This document shows positions 63,959 through 64,000 of a stretch of 64,000 nt of DNA, one piece after another; within the stretch, counting starts at the first letter, position 1; each line of letters starts with the position of its first letter. The position numbers and the translations under genes were made by a program. The notes under the pieces are model-generated. The model searched no databases. It saw only the letters and a program-made list of their open reading frames with translations, and had not been told where the DNA came from. This stretch comes from a virus (taxonomy: Duplodnaviria; Caudoviricetes): the IMG/VR virus record IMGVR_UViG_2845838682_000001, one strand, 5' to 3'.

Positions 63959-64000
63959 TCGGGACGGCGGGATTTGAACCCACGACCCCTTGACCCCCAG
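63959..64000 (-). tRNA. 3' half of tRNA-Pro(GGG) (cut by window edge); prophage attachment site
   Basis: Reverse complement CTGGGGG TCAAG GGGTC GTGGG TTCAAAT CCCGC CGTCCCG A: anticodon loop GGG, T-arm, acceptor strand; 16 nt from the integrase stop. Confidence 0.88.

Larger units (their letters stand above)
1..63959. mobile_element. Temperate siphovirus-type prophage of a high-GC actinobacterium, integrated at tRNA-Pro(GGG); continues beyond the left window edge
   Basis: Contiguous integrase, cI/cro, replication, terminase, portal, scaffold, capsid, neck, tail tube, chaperone, tape measure and tail-tip genes. Two WhiB genes and an Lsr2-like domain point to Actinobacteria. A tRNA 3' half lies next to the integrase. 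Confidence 0.97.

Overview
The whole window is a temperate, long-tailed (siphovirus-type) prophage of a very GC-rich actinobacterium. The right junction is at the window edge: a tyrosine integrase (62245-63942) abuts the 3' half of a tRNA-Pro(GGG) gene. The left junction and the lysis genes lie outside the window. Reading leftward on the minus strand from the cI/cro switch (60.4-61.5 kb) come recombination, replication and regulatory genes (ERF, DnaQ-like exonuclease, two WhiB, RusA, PAPS-reductase family, Dam, replication initiator, helicase loader, DUF5131). Next is a roughly 9-kb cassette of small genes driven by seven near-identical strong promoters; an eighth copy sits at 51.2 kb. Then come a DNA-modification/packaging operon, head and tail genes, and a methyltransferase/glycosyltransferase/sulfotransferase-like cassette. 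The top candidate for an undescribed system is a 74-nt tRNA-Gly-like gene (25159-25232). It keeps the glycine-charging identity elements but has lost translation-critical bases (A8, A33, U37, a zippable anticodon loop, A51-U63). It ends 17 nt upstream of a gene that I read as a degenerate adenine-methyltransferase domain fused to a GNAT/Mom-like domain, followed by ParB, terS and terL. This suggests a tRNA-dependent DNA hypermodification system carrying its own non-proteinogenic glycine donor. Other oddities: a PhoD-type phosphodiesterase inserted into, and splitting, a conserved tail gene; a portal gene inverted relative to all other structural genes; a MuF gene displaced by about 15 kb; and three repeated CCGAAACGG hairpins in the scaffold leader. 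All family assignments come from motif recognition by eye; no database searches were run.
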